Numbered from the stretch's first letter, positions 1 through 10,897 are shown. The stretch is DNA of 35,566 bases from Chiloscyllium plagiosum (GCF_004010195.1 NC_057720.1:4593391-4628956), one strand, 5' to 3'. The notes: generated from the sequence alone by a model not told the origin. Numbers and translations: made by a program.

Positions 1-210
1 GGGTGATGTCAGGGGTGGGTTCTTTACCCAGAGAGTGGTGGGGGCATGGAATGCGCTGCCTGTGGGAGTGGTAGAGTCAGAATCTTTGGTGACTTTTAAG
101 CGGCAATTGGATAGGTACATGGATGGGTGCTTAAGCTAGGACAAATGTTCGGCACAACACCTTGGGCCGAAGGGCCTGTTCTGTGCTGTATTGTTCTATG
201 TTCTATGTTC
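1..210 (+). mobile_element. CR1 LINE 3' end (runs off the left window edge)
   Basis: Encodes the CR1 ORF2 C-terminus (FFTQRVVGAWNALP), then 3'UTR with gggccgaagggcctgt and a (ttctatg)n tail. Confidence 0.9.
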
Positions 211-746
211 TAAAACTCTGGTGCGGCCGCACTTTGGAGTATTGCGTGCAGTTCTGGTCACCGCATTACAGGAAGGATGTGGAAGCTTTGGAGAGGGTGC
301 AGAGAAGATTTACCAGGATGTTGCCTGGAATGGAGTGGAAGTCGTACGAGGATAGGTTGAGAGTTCTCGGCCTTTTCTCGTTGGAACGGCGAAGGATGAG
401 GGGTGACTTGATGGAGGTTTATAAGATGATCAGAGGAATAGATAGAGTATACAGTCAGAAACTTTTTCCCCGGGTACAACAGAGTGTTACAAGGGGACAT
501 AAATTTAAGGTGAAGGGTGGAAGGTATAGGGGAGATGTCAGGGGTGGGTTCTTTACCCAGAGAGTGGTGGGGGCATGGAATGCGCTGCCCGTGGGAGTGG
601 TAGAGTCGGAATCATTGGCGACCTTTAAGCGGCATTTGGATAGGTACATGGATGGGTACTTAATCTAGGTTAGAAGTTCGGCACAACATCGTGGGCCGAA
701 GGGCCTGTTCTGTGCTGTATTGTTCTATGTTCTATGTTCTATGTTC
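211..746 (+). mobile_element. 5'-truncated CR1 LINE, same subfamily as 1-210
   Basis: ORF 162..668: LEYCVQFWSPHYRKDVEALERVQRRFTRM...WNALP. Tail is (tgttcta)n. Confidence 0.92.
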
Positions 747-769
747 ATTCATCAATGAGCCGTAATCTT

Positions 770-1425
770 GATGGTTAGTAGCATTATCACTAAACTATTA
801 CAGATTACTTACTTACAGACTACTAACAGTGTGGAAACAGGCCCTTCTGGCCAACAAGTCCACACCGACCCTCCGAAGAGCAACCCACCCAGGCCTATTC
901 CCCTACATTTACCCCTTCATCTAACACTACGGGCAATTTAGCATGGCCAATCCACCTGACCTGCACATTTTTAGACTGTGGGAGGAAACCGGAGCACCCG
1001 GAGGAAACCCACGCAGACACGGGGAGAACGTGCAAACTCCACACAGACAGTTGCCTGAGACAGGAATTGAACCCCAGTCTCTGGTGCTGTGAACTGCCAC
1101 CGTGCCGCCCACAATGACTCCATGACACCCAGGTAATGTTCTAAGGACCTGGGTTCAAATCCCACCATGGCAGATAATGGAATTTGCATTCAACGAAAAT
1201 CTTGAATTAAGAGTCTAATGATAACCATGAAACCATTGTCGATTGTCGGAGAAAACTAATTAGGGTTCACCAATGTCCTAAAGGGAGGGAAATCAGCCAT
1301 CATCACCTACATGTGACTCCAGACCTATGGCAATGGAGTTGACTCTCAATTGCCATCTGGGCAATTAGGGATGCATTGTAAATACAGCACTAGCCAGCAA
1401 TGCCCACACCCTGTGAATTAATAAA
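770..1425 (+). mobile_element. tRNA-derived SINE with an L2/CR1-group LINE tail, interrupted by HE1 (801-1110)
   Basis: A-box-like tggttagtagc and B-box gggttcaaatccc. The 3' tail gcaattagggatg...agccagcaatgcccacac matches the 3' end of the minus-strand LINEs at 2052 and 6405. Confidence 0.65.
801..1110 (-). mobile_element. HE1-type V-SINE
   Basis: tRNA head gggcggcacggtggc, V-domain (gtgtggagtttgcacgttctccccgtgtctgcgtgggtttcctccggg) and CR1-like tail. Confidence 0.88.
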
Positions 1426-1689
1426 CCTGAGTCGATACCTTATGCAAAATTCATAGGATAATGCATTCAGCTCCCTCCTAATTTGGACAATACTCAGGTT
1501 TGAATCTCAATCCACTTTCTTCCTCCTTACATTGGCCAATGCTACACTTCCATCCATATACTCTTATACATTAAGCATCTCTGGGCCTCTGTCATCCCAC
1601 TGTCGGGTTGAACAATTTCTTCCTTTGCTGCCTCAGACAAATGTTAGGCATGTCCTGGATAGACAAGAGCAGGTCAGAGGCTGGAAATG

Positions 1690-2051
1690 CTGCTGTGAGT
1701 AACTCACCTCCTGGCTCCCCAAACCCTGTCCACCGCCAACAAGGTACAAGTTAGGAGTGTTATGGAATACTCCCCACTTGTCTGGATGGATGCAGTTCCA
1801 TCAACACTCAAGAAATTTGCCATCATCCTGGACAAAGCAGCCCACATGATTGACATCACATCCATTCCCACCACCACTGATTCATAGGAACAGCAGTGTG
1901 TGTACCATCGACAAGACACATTGCAGAAATTCACCAAAGACCCTCAGACACCACCTTCCAAACCCACAGTCACTTCCATCTAGAAGGAGGAGGGCAGCAA
2001 TTGGAACACCACCACCTGCAAGTTCATCTCCAAGCCACACACCATCTTGAC
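1690..2051 (+). mobile_element. L2/CR1-group LINE ORF2 3' fragment (decayed)
   Basis: Translates to ...KVQVRSVMEYSPLVWMDAVPSTLKK...DKAA. Homologous to minus-strand copies at 2052-3286 and 6405-6960. Confidence 0.75.
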
Positions 2052-3286
2052 TTTTTTTAATTCTCTCGTGGGACATGGATATCACTGGCTGGCCAAGCAT
2101 TTATTGTCTGTCTCTAGTTGCTTTGAGAAGGTGGTGGTAAGATGCCTTCTTTAATCGACTGCAATGGTCCATATATTTTATGTAAATCCCCTTAGGGGGC
2201 AATTCCAGGATTTTGATCCAGTGATAGTGAGGGAACAATGATATATTTCCAAATCAGGGTGGTGAGTGGCTTGGTAGATAACTTTCAAGGGGCCAAACTT
2301 TCAAGAAGATAACGTATCTTCTGCCCTTGCCCTTCTAGATGGAGGTAATCCTGCATTTGAGAGGTGCTATCTGAGGATCTTTGGTGAATTTCTGTAGCAC
2401 ATTTTGAAAATAGTACACTCAGCTGCTACTGAGCATTGGTGGTGGAGGGAGTGGATGTTACGACAGTCAAGTGGACTGCTTTGTCTTCTGGTGCCAAGCT
2501 TCTTGAGTGTTTTTAAAAGCTGAACCCATGGTGGACAGGCTTTGGGGAGTCAGGAGGTGAGTTACTCACTAGAGTTATCTGGCTTCTGACTTGTTCGTGT
2601 AGCCAGTGTCTTTATTTGGCAACACCAATGGAAGTATTGGTCATTGATAACTCCCAGAATGTCAATAGTGGGGGATTCAGTAATGATAACCCCTCTGATT
2701 GGAGGTGGTCATTGCCTGGCATTTGTGTGGTACAAATGTTATTTGCTACTTGTCAGTCTAAGCCTGGATATTGTCCAGAACTTGTTGTATTTGAACATGG
2801 ACTGCTTCAGTATCTGAAGAGTTGTGAATGGTACTGAACATTGTGCAATCCAGCGAACATCCCCACTTTTGCCCTTATGATGGAGGGAAGGTCATTGATG
2901 AAGCAGCCGAAGATGGTTGGGACTAGGACACTACCTGAGGAACACCTGCAGAGATGTCCTGGATCTGAGATGACCGACCTCCAACAACCACCATCAACTT
3001 TCTTTGTGCTAGCTATGACTCCAACCAGTTTGCCCCCTGATTCCCATTGATTCCAGTTTAGCTAGGGCTCCTCTGCTGCCACACTCAGTCGAATTCAGCC
3101 TTGATGTCAAGGGCTGTCGCTCTCCCCTCCCTCTGGAATTCAGCTCTTTTGTCCATGTTTGAACCAAGGCTGTAATGAGATCAGGAGTTGATGGCCTGGG
3201 CTGGATGTCACTGAGCAGGTTATTGCTGAGCAGGTGCTGATTGATAGCTCTGTTAATGACCCCTTCCATCACTTTACTTATGATCT
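2052..3286 (-). mobile_element. L2/CR1-group LINE 3' portion (decayed, internal deletions)
   Basis: ORF 3009..3272 has RT-like MEGVINRAINQHLLSNNLLSD...PDLITALVQTWTKELN. 3' end lies at 2052. Confidence 0.78.
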
Positions 3287-3740
3287 AGAGAGGGATTGAG
3301 TTTTGGAGCCATGAGGTCATGCTACAGCTATATAAAACTCTGGTGCGACCACATTTGGAGTATTGCATACAGTTCTGGTCACTGCATTATAGGGAGGATG
3401 TGAAAGATTTGGAAAGAGTTCAGGGGAGATTTACCAGGATGTTGCCTGCTATGGAGGGAAGGTCTTATGAGGAAAGACTGAATGACTTGAGGCTGTTTTC
3501 ATGAGAGAGAAGAAGGTTGAGAGGTGACTAGGTTAGATTCGATTAGATTCCCTACAGTATGGAGACAGGCCCTTCGGCCCAACAAGTTCGCACCGGCCCT
3601 CTAAAGACTAACCCACCCTAACCCATTCCCCTAACCTATATTTACCACTGAATAATGCGACTAACACTATGGGCAATTTAGCATGGCCGATTCACCCGAC
3701 CTGCACATCTTTGTCCCAATTTAGGTGATTTAATCGAGAC
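3287..3740 (+). mobile_element. CR1 fragment, left part (continues at 5188); interrupted by HE1 at 3530-3713
   Basis: ORF 3319..3504: MLQLYKTLVRPHLEYCIQFWS. Short duplication aggtga(c/t)t at 3522 and 3723 flanks the HE1. Confidence 0.85.
3530..3713 (-). mobile_element. 5'-truncated HE1 SINE
   Basis: Matches the 3' half of the other HE1 copies (gggcaatttagcatggcc...cctgcacatctttg). Confidence 0.8.
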
Positions 3741-4090
3741 TTTATTTTATTTCAAAATATACTTTATTCATAGAAATAAATCTTTGGTGCTTGTACAATT
3801 TGTCATGTCGTTCATAGATATATACATTGCATGTCTTAACATTACAAAGAACAGATTGAATTACTTGAATTTACAGTTATCCTATTTACAGTTCCCTTTA
3901 TTAACCATCCAGTCTCTTGTTATTTAGCTGTGGCTTCAGCAGAACCCACCTACTGAGTGGGTGCCCTATTATACTATAGCAAATGCACCTTTTTTAATCC
4001 CAGTTTATGGGGTTACCATTGTCCATTTGACTGTCCTGTCTCTGGGGAAGCTGTCTGCATCCCCATGGTGAGCACGAACTGCTGGACTCT
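3741..4090 (-). mobile_element. L1/Tx1-like LINE 3' end (possible last ORF2 codons, 3'UTR, polyA signal)
   Basis: Minus strand ends ...tgaataaagtatattttgaaataaaataaa. It interrupts the CR1 abruptly and lies next to a Tx1-like ORF1 fragment. Confidence 0.6.
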
Positions 4091-4735
4091 AGGTCCAAGC
4101 GGAAGACCCATGTCTGTCTCATCTTATGGTCCCCAGTATCGCAGGCACCAGCCTTCAGCCAATTCAATGCATTCCATGTGATAGCAAAAAACTTGGAGAC
4201 ACTCAATACTGCAAAGGCTATGGGCCCTGACAATAATACTGAAGATATATCCTCCAGAACTTGCTGCTCTCCAAGCCAAGCTGTTCCAACAGTTACAACA
4301 CTGGAGTCAACTGACAGTATGGAAAATTGCCCAGTAAATCCTGTACACAAAAAGCAAGAAAAATCCAACCCAGTCAATTATAGCCCCATCAGTTACTCTT
4401 GATCATACAACGTAGAACATTGCAATGCAGTACAGGCCCTTCAGCTCTCGATGTTGCGCCAACCTGTGGAACCAATCTGAAGCCCATCTAACCTACACTA
4501 TTCCATTTTCATCCAGATGTTTATCCAATGATCACTTAAATGCCCTTAAAGTTGGCGAGTCTGCTAATGTTGCAGGTAGTACGTTCCACACCCCACTACA
4601 CTCTGAGTAAAGAACCTACCTCTGACATCTGTCCTATATCTATCACCCCTCAATTTAAAGCTATGTCCCCACATGCTAGCCATCACCATCCAAGGAAAAG
4701 GTCTCTCCCTGTCCACCCTATTTAACCCTCTGATT

Positions 4736-5151
4736 ACCCTGCCGCTTACTGGTCCAGATCCCAAAGGGGTCGATCACGTCGGTGGCTTCTCCCTCAACTT
4801 GGACGTACCTTCCCAGGAAGTTCAGGACATCAGCCGCTGGACCATAGGGGTTGTACATATGGATTGTAACCACCCGACTCCTCTGTGCAGGAAGCACACA
4901 CAATGGGGTTGCCGACAAGATGGAGAACAGCGGCTCCCCTTCCTTCTCCTTGAAGACCTTCAGGAGCTGTTCGCACTGCTTCACACTCCTGAAGGTCACA
5001 TCAAAGTAGCCTGCCCCAGGGAAATCCTGCAGGCAGTACACATCCGCTGCAGCGAACCCACAGCATCCCAGCAGTACCTTCTTAATAAACAGGATGCGGT
5101 CGACCAGTGTATGATCCTCTATCTTCTTCACAGTCACCCAGTCTGTGTTTT
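4736..5151 (-). pseudogene. L1/Tx1-clade ORF1 (gag-like, ZCCHC3-related) N-terminal fragment
   Basis: ORF 4718..5137: VYCLQDFPGAGYFDVTF...VTIHMYNPY...DVLNFLGRY...DPFGIWTSKRQ resembles Tx1 ORF1/ZCCHC3 proteins. It is truncated before any zinc knuckle. Confidence 0.8.
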
Positions 5152-5187
5152 GACCCCTTTGGGATCTGGACCAGTAAGCGGCAGGGT

Positions 5188-5510
5188 AATCAGAGGGTTA
5201 AATAGGGTGGACAGGGAGAGACCTTTTCCTTGGATGGTGATGGCTAGCATGTGGGGACATAGCTTTAAATTGAGGGGTGATAGATATAGGACAGATGTCA
5301 GAGGTAGGTTCTTTACTCAGAGTGTAGTGGGGTGTGGAACGTACTACCTGCAACATTAGCAGACTTGCCAACTTTAAGGGCATTTAAGTGATCATTGGAT
5401 AAACATCTGGATGAAAATGGAATAGTGTAGGTTAGATGGGCTTCAGATTGGTTCCACAGGTTGGCGCAACATCGAGAGCTGAAGGGCCTGTACTGCATTG
5501 CAATGTTCTA
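5188..5510 (+). mobile_element. CR1 3' end (right part of the copy starting at 3287)
   Basis: IRGLNRVD...GHSFKLRGDRYRTDVRGRFFTQ followed by 3'UTR. Confidence 0.88.
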
Positions 5511-5514
5511 CGTT

Positions 5515-5990
5515 GTATGATCAAGAGTAACTGATGGGGCTATAATTGACTGGGTTGGATTTTTCTTGCTTTTTGTGTACAGGATTTACTGGGCAATTTT
5601 CCATACTGTCAGTTGACTCCAGTGTTGTAACTGTTGGAACAGCTTGGCTTGGAGAGCAGCAAGTTCTGGAGGATATATCTTCAGTATTATTGTCAGGGCC
5701 CATAGCCTTTGCAGTATTGAGTGTCTCCAAGTTTTTTGCTATCACATGGAATGCATTGAATTGGCTGAAGGCTGGTGCCTGCGATACTGGGGACCATAAG
5801 ATGAGACAGACATGGGTCTTCCGCTTGGACCTTTGGCTCAAGATTGCTGTGAAGGCTTCAGCCTTATCTTTTACACTGATGTGCTGGGCTCTTCCATTGT
5901 TGAGGATGGGGATATTTGTGGAGCTTTCTCCTCCAGTGAGCTGTTGAATGGTGAAACCACCACCATTCACGACCAGATGTGGCAGGACTG
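5515..5990 (-). mobile_element. L2/CR1-group LINE ORF2 fragment (pre-RT region)
   Basis: KDKAEAF...KAMGPDN...PVHKKQEKSNPVNYSPIS. Confidence 0.75.
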
Positions 5991-5994
5991 CACC

Positions 5995-6080
5995 CCAGAA
6001 GCTGCCTAACCTGCTGTGCTTTTCCAGCAACGTTGTTATAGCCTCTGACTCTCCAGCATCTGCAGTCCTCACTCCCACCT
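5995..6080 (+). mobile_element. Penelope-like pLTR fragment
   Basis: gctgcctaacctgctgtgcttttccagca...ctccagcatctgcagtcctcact is shared with 8286-8424 and 9160-9368. Confidence 0.6.
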
Positions 6081-6404
6081 AACTTCAAAGTGGAACTTTC
6101 TGGTATTTGCAGATAGCTGCAAAGTTGTCTTTAATGGTGAATTCCTATGTCAGTCTTTTTTTTAATATTTACATATGCCCTACTTAATCAGCTATGCTTA
6201 AAGCTCAATCAAACATTTATTTATGACAACGTATCTTTACATAGGAAGCCACTCAGTTGTGTCAAATTTGCCACTAATTCAGTGGAAAGAATTGCTGTAA
6301 TTCTGATAACAAGTTACTGCAACTTGTTGTAAGTTGTATAAGATGAGATAAGAGGCATGGCACGAGGCTGGGTGTGCAAAGTGAAATTTGACCAGCAACA
6401 ATTT

Positions 6405-6960
6405 TTCTTTTAATATACTCATTTGTGGGATGTGAGTGTCACTGGGTGGGCCTGTCCCTAGTTGCCCCTTGAGAGGGTGAGGGTGAGCTGCCTTCTTGAA
6501 CTGCTGCAGTCCGTTTGCTGGGATTGACCCACAATGTCCTGAGAAGAATTCCAGGATTTTGACCCAGTGACAGTGAAGGAACGATGATATATTCCCAAGT
6601 CAGAGTGGTGAGTGGCTTGGAGGGAAACTTGCAGATGGTGGTGTTCCCATTTATGTGCTGCCCTTGTCCTTCAAGATGGAAGTGGTTGTGGATTTGGAAG
6701 GTGCTGTCTGAGGATCTTTGATGAATTTCTGCAGTGCATCTTGTTGATAGTACACACTGCTGCTACTGAGTGTCGATGGAAGAGGGAATGGGTGCTCATG
6801 GATATAGTGCCAATCAAGTGTGCTGCTTTGCCCTGAATGGTGTCAGGGTTCTTGAGTATTATTGCAGCCTGTGCTCATCAGGCAAGTGGGGAGTATTCCA
6901 TCACACTCCCGACTTGTGCCTTGTAGATGGTCGACAGGGTTTGGGGAGTCAGGCGGTAGC
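6405..6960 (-). mobile_element. L2/CR1-group LINE 3' portion
   Basis: Collinear with 2052-2560. Confidence 0.78.
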
Positions 6961-7069
6961 CACAGCTCTGGTTCGTGCAAATGTGACTAGTTGTGGATGC
7001 CAGAATTTATCAGCCTGACAACAACTCTCTGGTTGACACTTGTGCAGGTGAATAGCTTGGGTGTTTACA

Positions 7070-7235
7070 ATAGGAGGTTCACTTCTCTGTTTCCAGGGGT
7101 GGCAGGACTGTCCTTTGAAGAACGGTTGGTTCGTCCTGACCTGTATTCACTCTAGTCTAGGAGAACGAGATGGGACTTGCTTGAAATGTGTAAAATGTTA
7201 ACATGGCTGGATGGATCAGATGTAAGTAGGATGTG
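7070..7235 (+). mobile_element. Old CR1 fragment
   Basis: Degenerate RRFTSLFPGVAGLSFEERL...LYSL. Confidence 0.55.
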
Positions 7236-7506
7236 ATGATGACCCATGAAGTTCCCCTGCATATGTTGATCTGAGTCACAGGAGTTGGTGCATTGCCAAG
7301 CGTCAAGAAGAGGAAAATTTCAGGAATGTCTGAAGAGAAAACATTGAGAGTTTGCTTAACCTGTCCTGTTAAAACCTGGAGATATGAAGGTTGTAAGGTT
7401 TAGGGTGTAGGTTTGCTCGCTGAGCTGTAGTGAGCTAAGGTGTTGTGATTATACAGAAGGCCGAAGGTGTAGTGCAAATATTATCTGAATGATTGGTTCT
7501 AGATTT

Positions 7507-7885
7507 GATTAGAGACAAAAAAAAACTGCAGATGCTGGGATCCAAGGTAGACAGGCAGGAGGCTGGGAGAACAGCAAGGCAGGCAGCATCGGGAGGTGGA
7601 GAAGTCAACACTGCCGAAACGTTGACTTCACCACCTCCTGATGCTGCCTGCCTTGCTGTGTTCCCTCAGCTTCCTGCCTGCCTTGCTGTGTTCCCTCAGC
7701 TTCCTGCCTGCCTTGCTGTGTTCCCTCAGCCTCCTGCCTGTCCCTCCTGATGCTGCCTGCCTTGCTGTGTTCCCCCAGCCTCCTGCCTGTCCCTCCTGAT
7801 GCTGCCTTGCTTGCTGTGTTCCCCCGGCCTCCTGCCTGTCCCTCCTGATGCTGCCTGCCTTGCTGTGTTCCCTCAGCCTCCTGCG
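7507..7885. mobile_element. Fold-back Penelope-like pLTR mini-insertion with a tandemly expanded tail
   Basis: 14-bp TSD ttggttctagattt (7493-7506 and 7886-7899). Inverted arms ~7551-7610 and 7621-7680; the right side continues as three 30-bp and three ~49-bp tandem units. Confidence 0.75.
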
Positions 7886-8069
7886 TTGGTTCTAGATTTA
7901 GGCAAAAAGTGCTCTGATTTTATATCTGCCAACCTAACTGTTATAATTAGATACAGAGTTAAAAAAAAGTCTGCTATTGGATAACTTTTTAGATGACAAA
8001 CTCTGGTTACGCAAAAGGTGCAGTATCCACTTAAAGAATGTGTTGAATGTGAAGTTGTGAGGGACAGAC

Positions 8070-8465
8070 CTGAATGGGTTCAGCTCAGGTGACTGTCTGT
8101 GTGGAGTTTGCACATTCCCCCTGTGACTGCGTGGGTTTCCTCCAGGTGCTCCAGTTTCTTCCCACAGTCCAATAGTGTGCAGGTTAGGTGGATTAGCCAT
8201 GGAATTAGCTATAGCCAAGTGTATAAAAGTGGGTATGGGTGGGATGCTCTTCAGAGGTTCAGTGAGAGATTGATGGGGTGAATAGGAGAAAGTGAGGTCT
8301 GCAGATGCTGGAGATCAGAGCTGAAAATGTGTTGCTGGAAAAGTGCAGCACCGTCAGGCAGTTCTCCTGCTCCTTGGATGCTGCCTGACCTGCTGTGCTT
8401 TTCCAGCAACACATTTTCAGCTCTGATGGGGCAAATAGCCTGTTTCCGCATTAGAGGGATTACAG
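8070..8465 (+). mobile_element. Old HE1 SINE interrupted by a Penelope-like fold-back insertion
   Basis: V-domain at 8095-8200; the tail gcctgtttccgc resumes after the insertion. Confidence 0.75.
8286..8424. mobile_element. Fold-back Penelope-like pLTR mini-insertion
   Basis: Arms atcagagctgaaaatgtgttgctggaaaag...tcaggcag and its reverse complement. TSD tgatgggg(tg/ca)aatag at 8271-8285 and 8424-8438. Confidence 0.75.
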
Positions 8466-9159
8466 TGAATAAAGCAATGCAGAACAAGGTAGCTAGTGCA
8501 GATGAAGAGTTCTTGGAGGTGCCCATTGGCAGATATTTACAGCAGAGGAGGCTGATGAGGCAGTCGTGGTGGGATCAAAGAATGCTCACCAGGACTGAAG
8601 CCTTCTGGAACAAGCCAAACAAGAACAAAGGAAGATGACCTGGGCCTGGTCTGTATGTTGAGAATCGAGTAATTTGATGCTAAAATTGAGTTTGAAATAT
8701 TGGTTCATTTTGAGCTAATTCTAGTAATTTATTTTTGCAAAGGATTACTTGGGTGGGCGACATTACCTTTCAGGGTGGACAAGCAGGAGGCTGTTTTCCT
8801 TTTCAGGCATCCGATTGAAAGAAACAAATCCTGCAGCAAGATGACATGGCGACCTTACTTTAGTGAATGCCCACATGCATTTCCAAACCTGAAAGTTGTT
8901 ACTTTGCTCTCTGTATTTTCTATAGCTTGCTGAAAATTCAAGCTTCAATATTACTGACAAGTCTCCAATTAATGTTCGCCTGACAACAGGTAAGTGTCTG
9001 TTTGGACGTCAGTCATTGTGACGAGCCTTCAGTTGCCATGTACTTTAGCTTTGTGGAAGGGGTGATGGGTTAGAATTTGTTCTTGCAAGGTTATTTGAGC
9101 ATTTAAATGCATTTCACTGGCCTGTCTGTTACTTCTGGCTTTATGCCTATGAAGTAAAA

Positions 9160-10485
9160 AGGTAAAAACTATCACTGCAGATGCTGGAAACCAGATTCTG
9201 GATTAGTGGTGCTGGAAGAGCACAGCAGTTCAGGCAGGATCCGAGGAGCTTTGAAATCGACGTTTCGGGCAAAAGCCCTTAATCAAGAATAAAGGCAGAG
9301 AGCCTGATGCATGGAGAGATAAGCTAGAGGAGGGTGGGGGTGGGGAGAGAGTAGCATAGAGTACAGTANNNNNNNNNNNNNNNNNNNNNNNNNNNNNNNN
9401 NNNNNNNNNNNNNNNNNNNNNNNNNNNNNNNNNNNNNNNNNNNNNNNNNNNNNNNNNNNNNNNNNNNNNNNNNNNNNNNNNNNNNNNNNNNNNNNNNNNN
9501 NNNNNNNNNNNNNNNNNNNNNNNNNNNNNNNNNNNNNNNNNNNNNNNNNNNNNNNNNNNNNNNNNNNNNNNNNNNNNNNNNNNNNNNNNNNNNNNNNNNN
9601 NNNNNNNNNNNNNNNNNNNNNNNNNNNNNNNNNNNNNNNNNNNNNNNNNNNNNNNNNNNNNNNNNNNNNNNNNNNNNNNNNNNNNNNNNNNNNNNNNNNN
9701 NNNNNNNNNNNNNNNNNNNNNNNNNNNNNNNNNNNNNNNNNNNNNNNNNNNNNNNNNNNNNNNNNNNNNNNNNNNNNNNNNNNNNNNNNNNNNNNNNNNN
9801 NNNNNNNNNNNNNNNNNNNNNNNNNNNNNNNNNNNNNNNNNNNNNNNNNNNNNNNNNNNNNNNNNNNNNNNNNNNNNNNNNNNNNNNNNNNNNNNNNNNN
9901 NNNNNNNNNNNNNNNNNNNNNNNNNNNNNNNNNNNNNNNNNNNNNNNNNNNNNNNNNNNNNNNNNNNNNNNNNNNNNNNNNNNNNNNNNNNNNNNNNNNN
10001 NNNNNNNNNNNNNNNNNNNNNNNNNNNNNNNNNNNNNNNNNNNNNNNNNNNNNNNNNNNNNNNNNNNNNNNNGAGAGATTGGAGTGGGGGAGCGAGGTAG
10101 ACAGGTTGAGGCGGTTAATGTCCTGGTGGCAGTTGGAAATGAAGAGGTCAAGGGCAGGTCATAGGCCAGCGCGGGGTGTCCAGGTGGATGCAGTGTGTTG
10201 GAGGTGGGCGAAGGGATCCTCGGAAGGTGGGCGGGGGTCCTGATTGTGAAAGTTAGCTCGGAGGTGGAGGCGACGGAAGAATTGTTCGACGTCACGACGT
10301 GTATTAAATTCATTGATGCGTGGATGGAGGGGGATGAAGGTGAGTCCTTTGCTGAGGGAGTTGAAATGTTGGGCCACGGGGCGGTATGGTTGATTGGTGC
10401 GGGTGTCCCAGAGATGTTCCCTAAAGCGCTCTGCTAGGAGGTGCCCAGTCTCCCCAATGTAGAGGAGACCGCATCAGGAGCAACG
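9160..10485 (-). mobile_element. Penelope-like element spanning the assembly gap (pLTR at left, ORF fragments at right)
   Basis: Minus strand reads CGLLYIGETG...RFREH (GIY-YIG) and LSKGLTFIP...FFRRLHL (N-terminal PLE motif). The pLTR has a decayed hammerhead: ttgattaagggcttttgcccgaaacgtc. Confidence 0.8.
9369..10072. other. Assembly gap (N run)
   Basis: N bases. Confidence 1.
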
Positions 10486-10897
10486 TAAAAGTCTAGTAAT
10501 TTACACTTGGCGTACAGCTGTTTATTGGAAGGGGATAGTGTGGTGATCCAACATTAAACGTTCTGGACTTTATGCCCAGAATACAGGAAAAACTTCCATT
10601 CAAGCATGGGCTTTTGATACTAACTGCCCTGTCAAGTCTCCCACAAACCCTGCATGTTTACCAGGTTCTGTCCTGCAAGTAAGAAATGGCACTGGAAGTT
10701 GCAGCTTGCTGCAGGTGGCAGAGTTGTCCCTGACAGTGTTAGGCAAGCTGACAAGTTTATGGGGCTGACTTTGCCTGCTAAAGGTAGTCATAATTGAAAT
10801 CCTTTGGATTTAGTAGAAATTTATATGGGAATACACAGTGAGCTATGTTCAGACCTGGTGACAGCACGGTCATGTTACCTTGGAAGAGTAAGATATT

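Larger units (their letters stand above)
4091..5832. repeat. Near-perfect inverted repeat: 681-bp arms (4091-4771 and 5152-5832), 380-bp spacer
   Basis: Mirror ORF pairs (4425..4610/5313..5498, 4540..4725/5198..5383). Only one mismatch seen (4557 vs 5366). Confidence 0.97.

Noticed and set aside
4718..5137. Host ZCCHC3-like gene
   Set aside because: Truncated fragment with no ATG start or zinc knuckles, embedded in a TE rearrangement. Better explained as Tx1 ORF1.
9324..10313. 329-aa ORF
   Set aside because: Artefact of translating through the N gap.
10665..10783. Possible plus-strand exon (ccAG...aag|GTagtc)
   Set aside because: Weak splice signals, and the frame compatible with the 8926-8989 candidate hits a stop.
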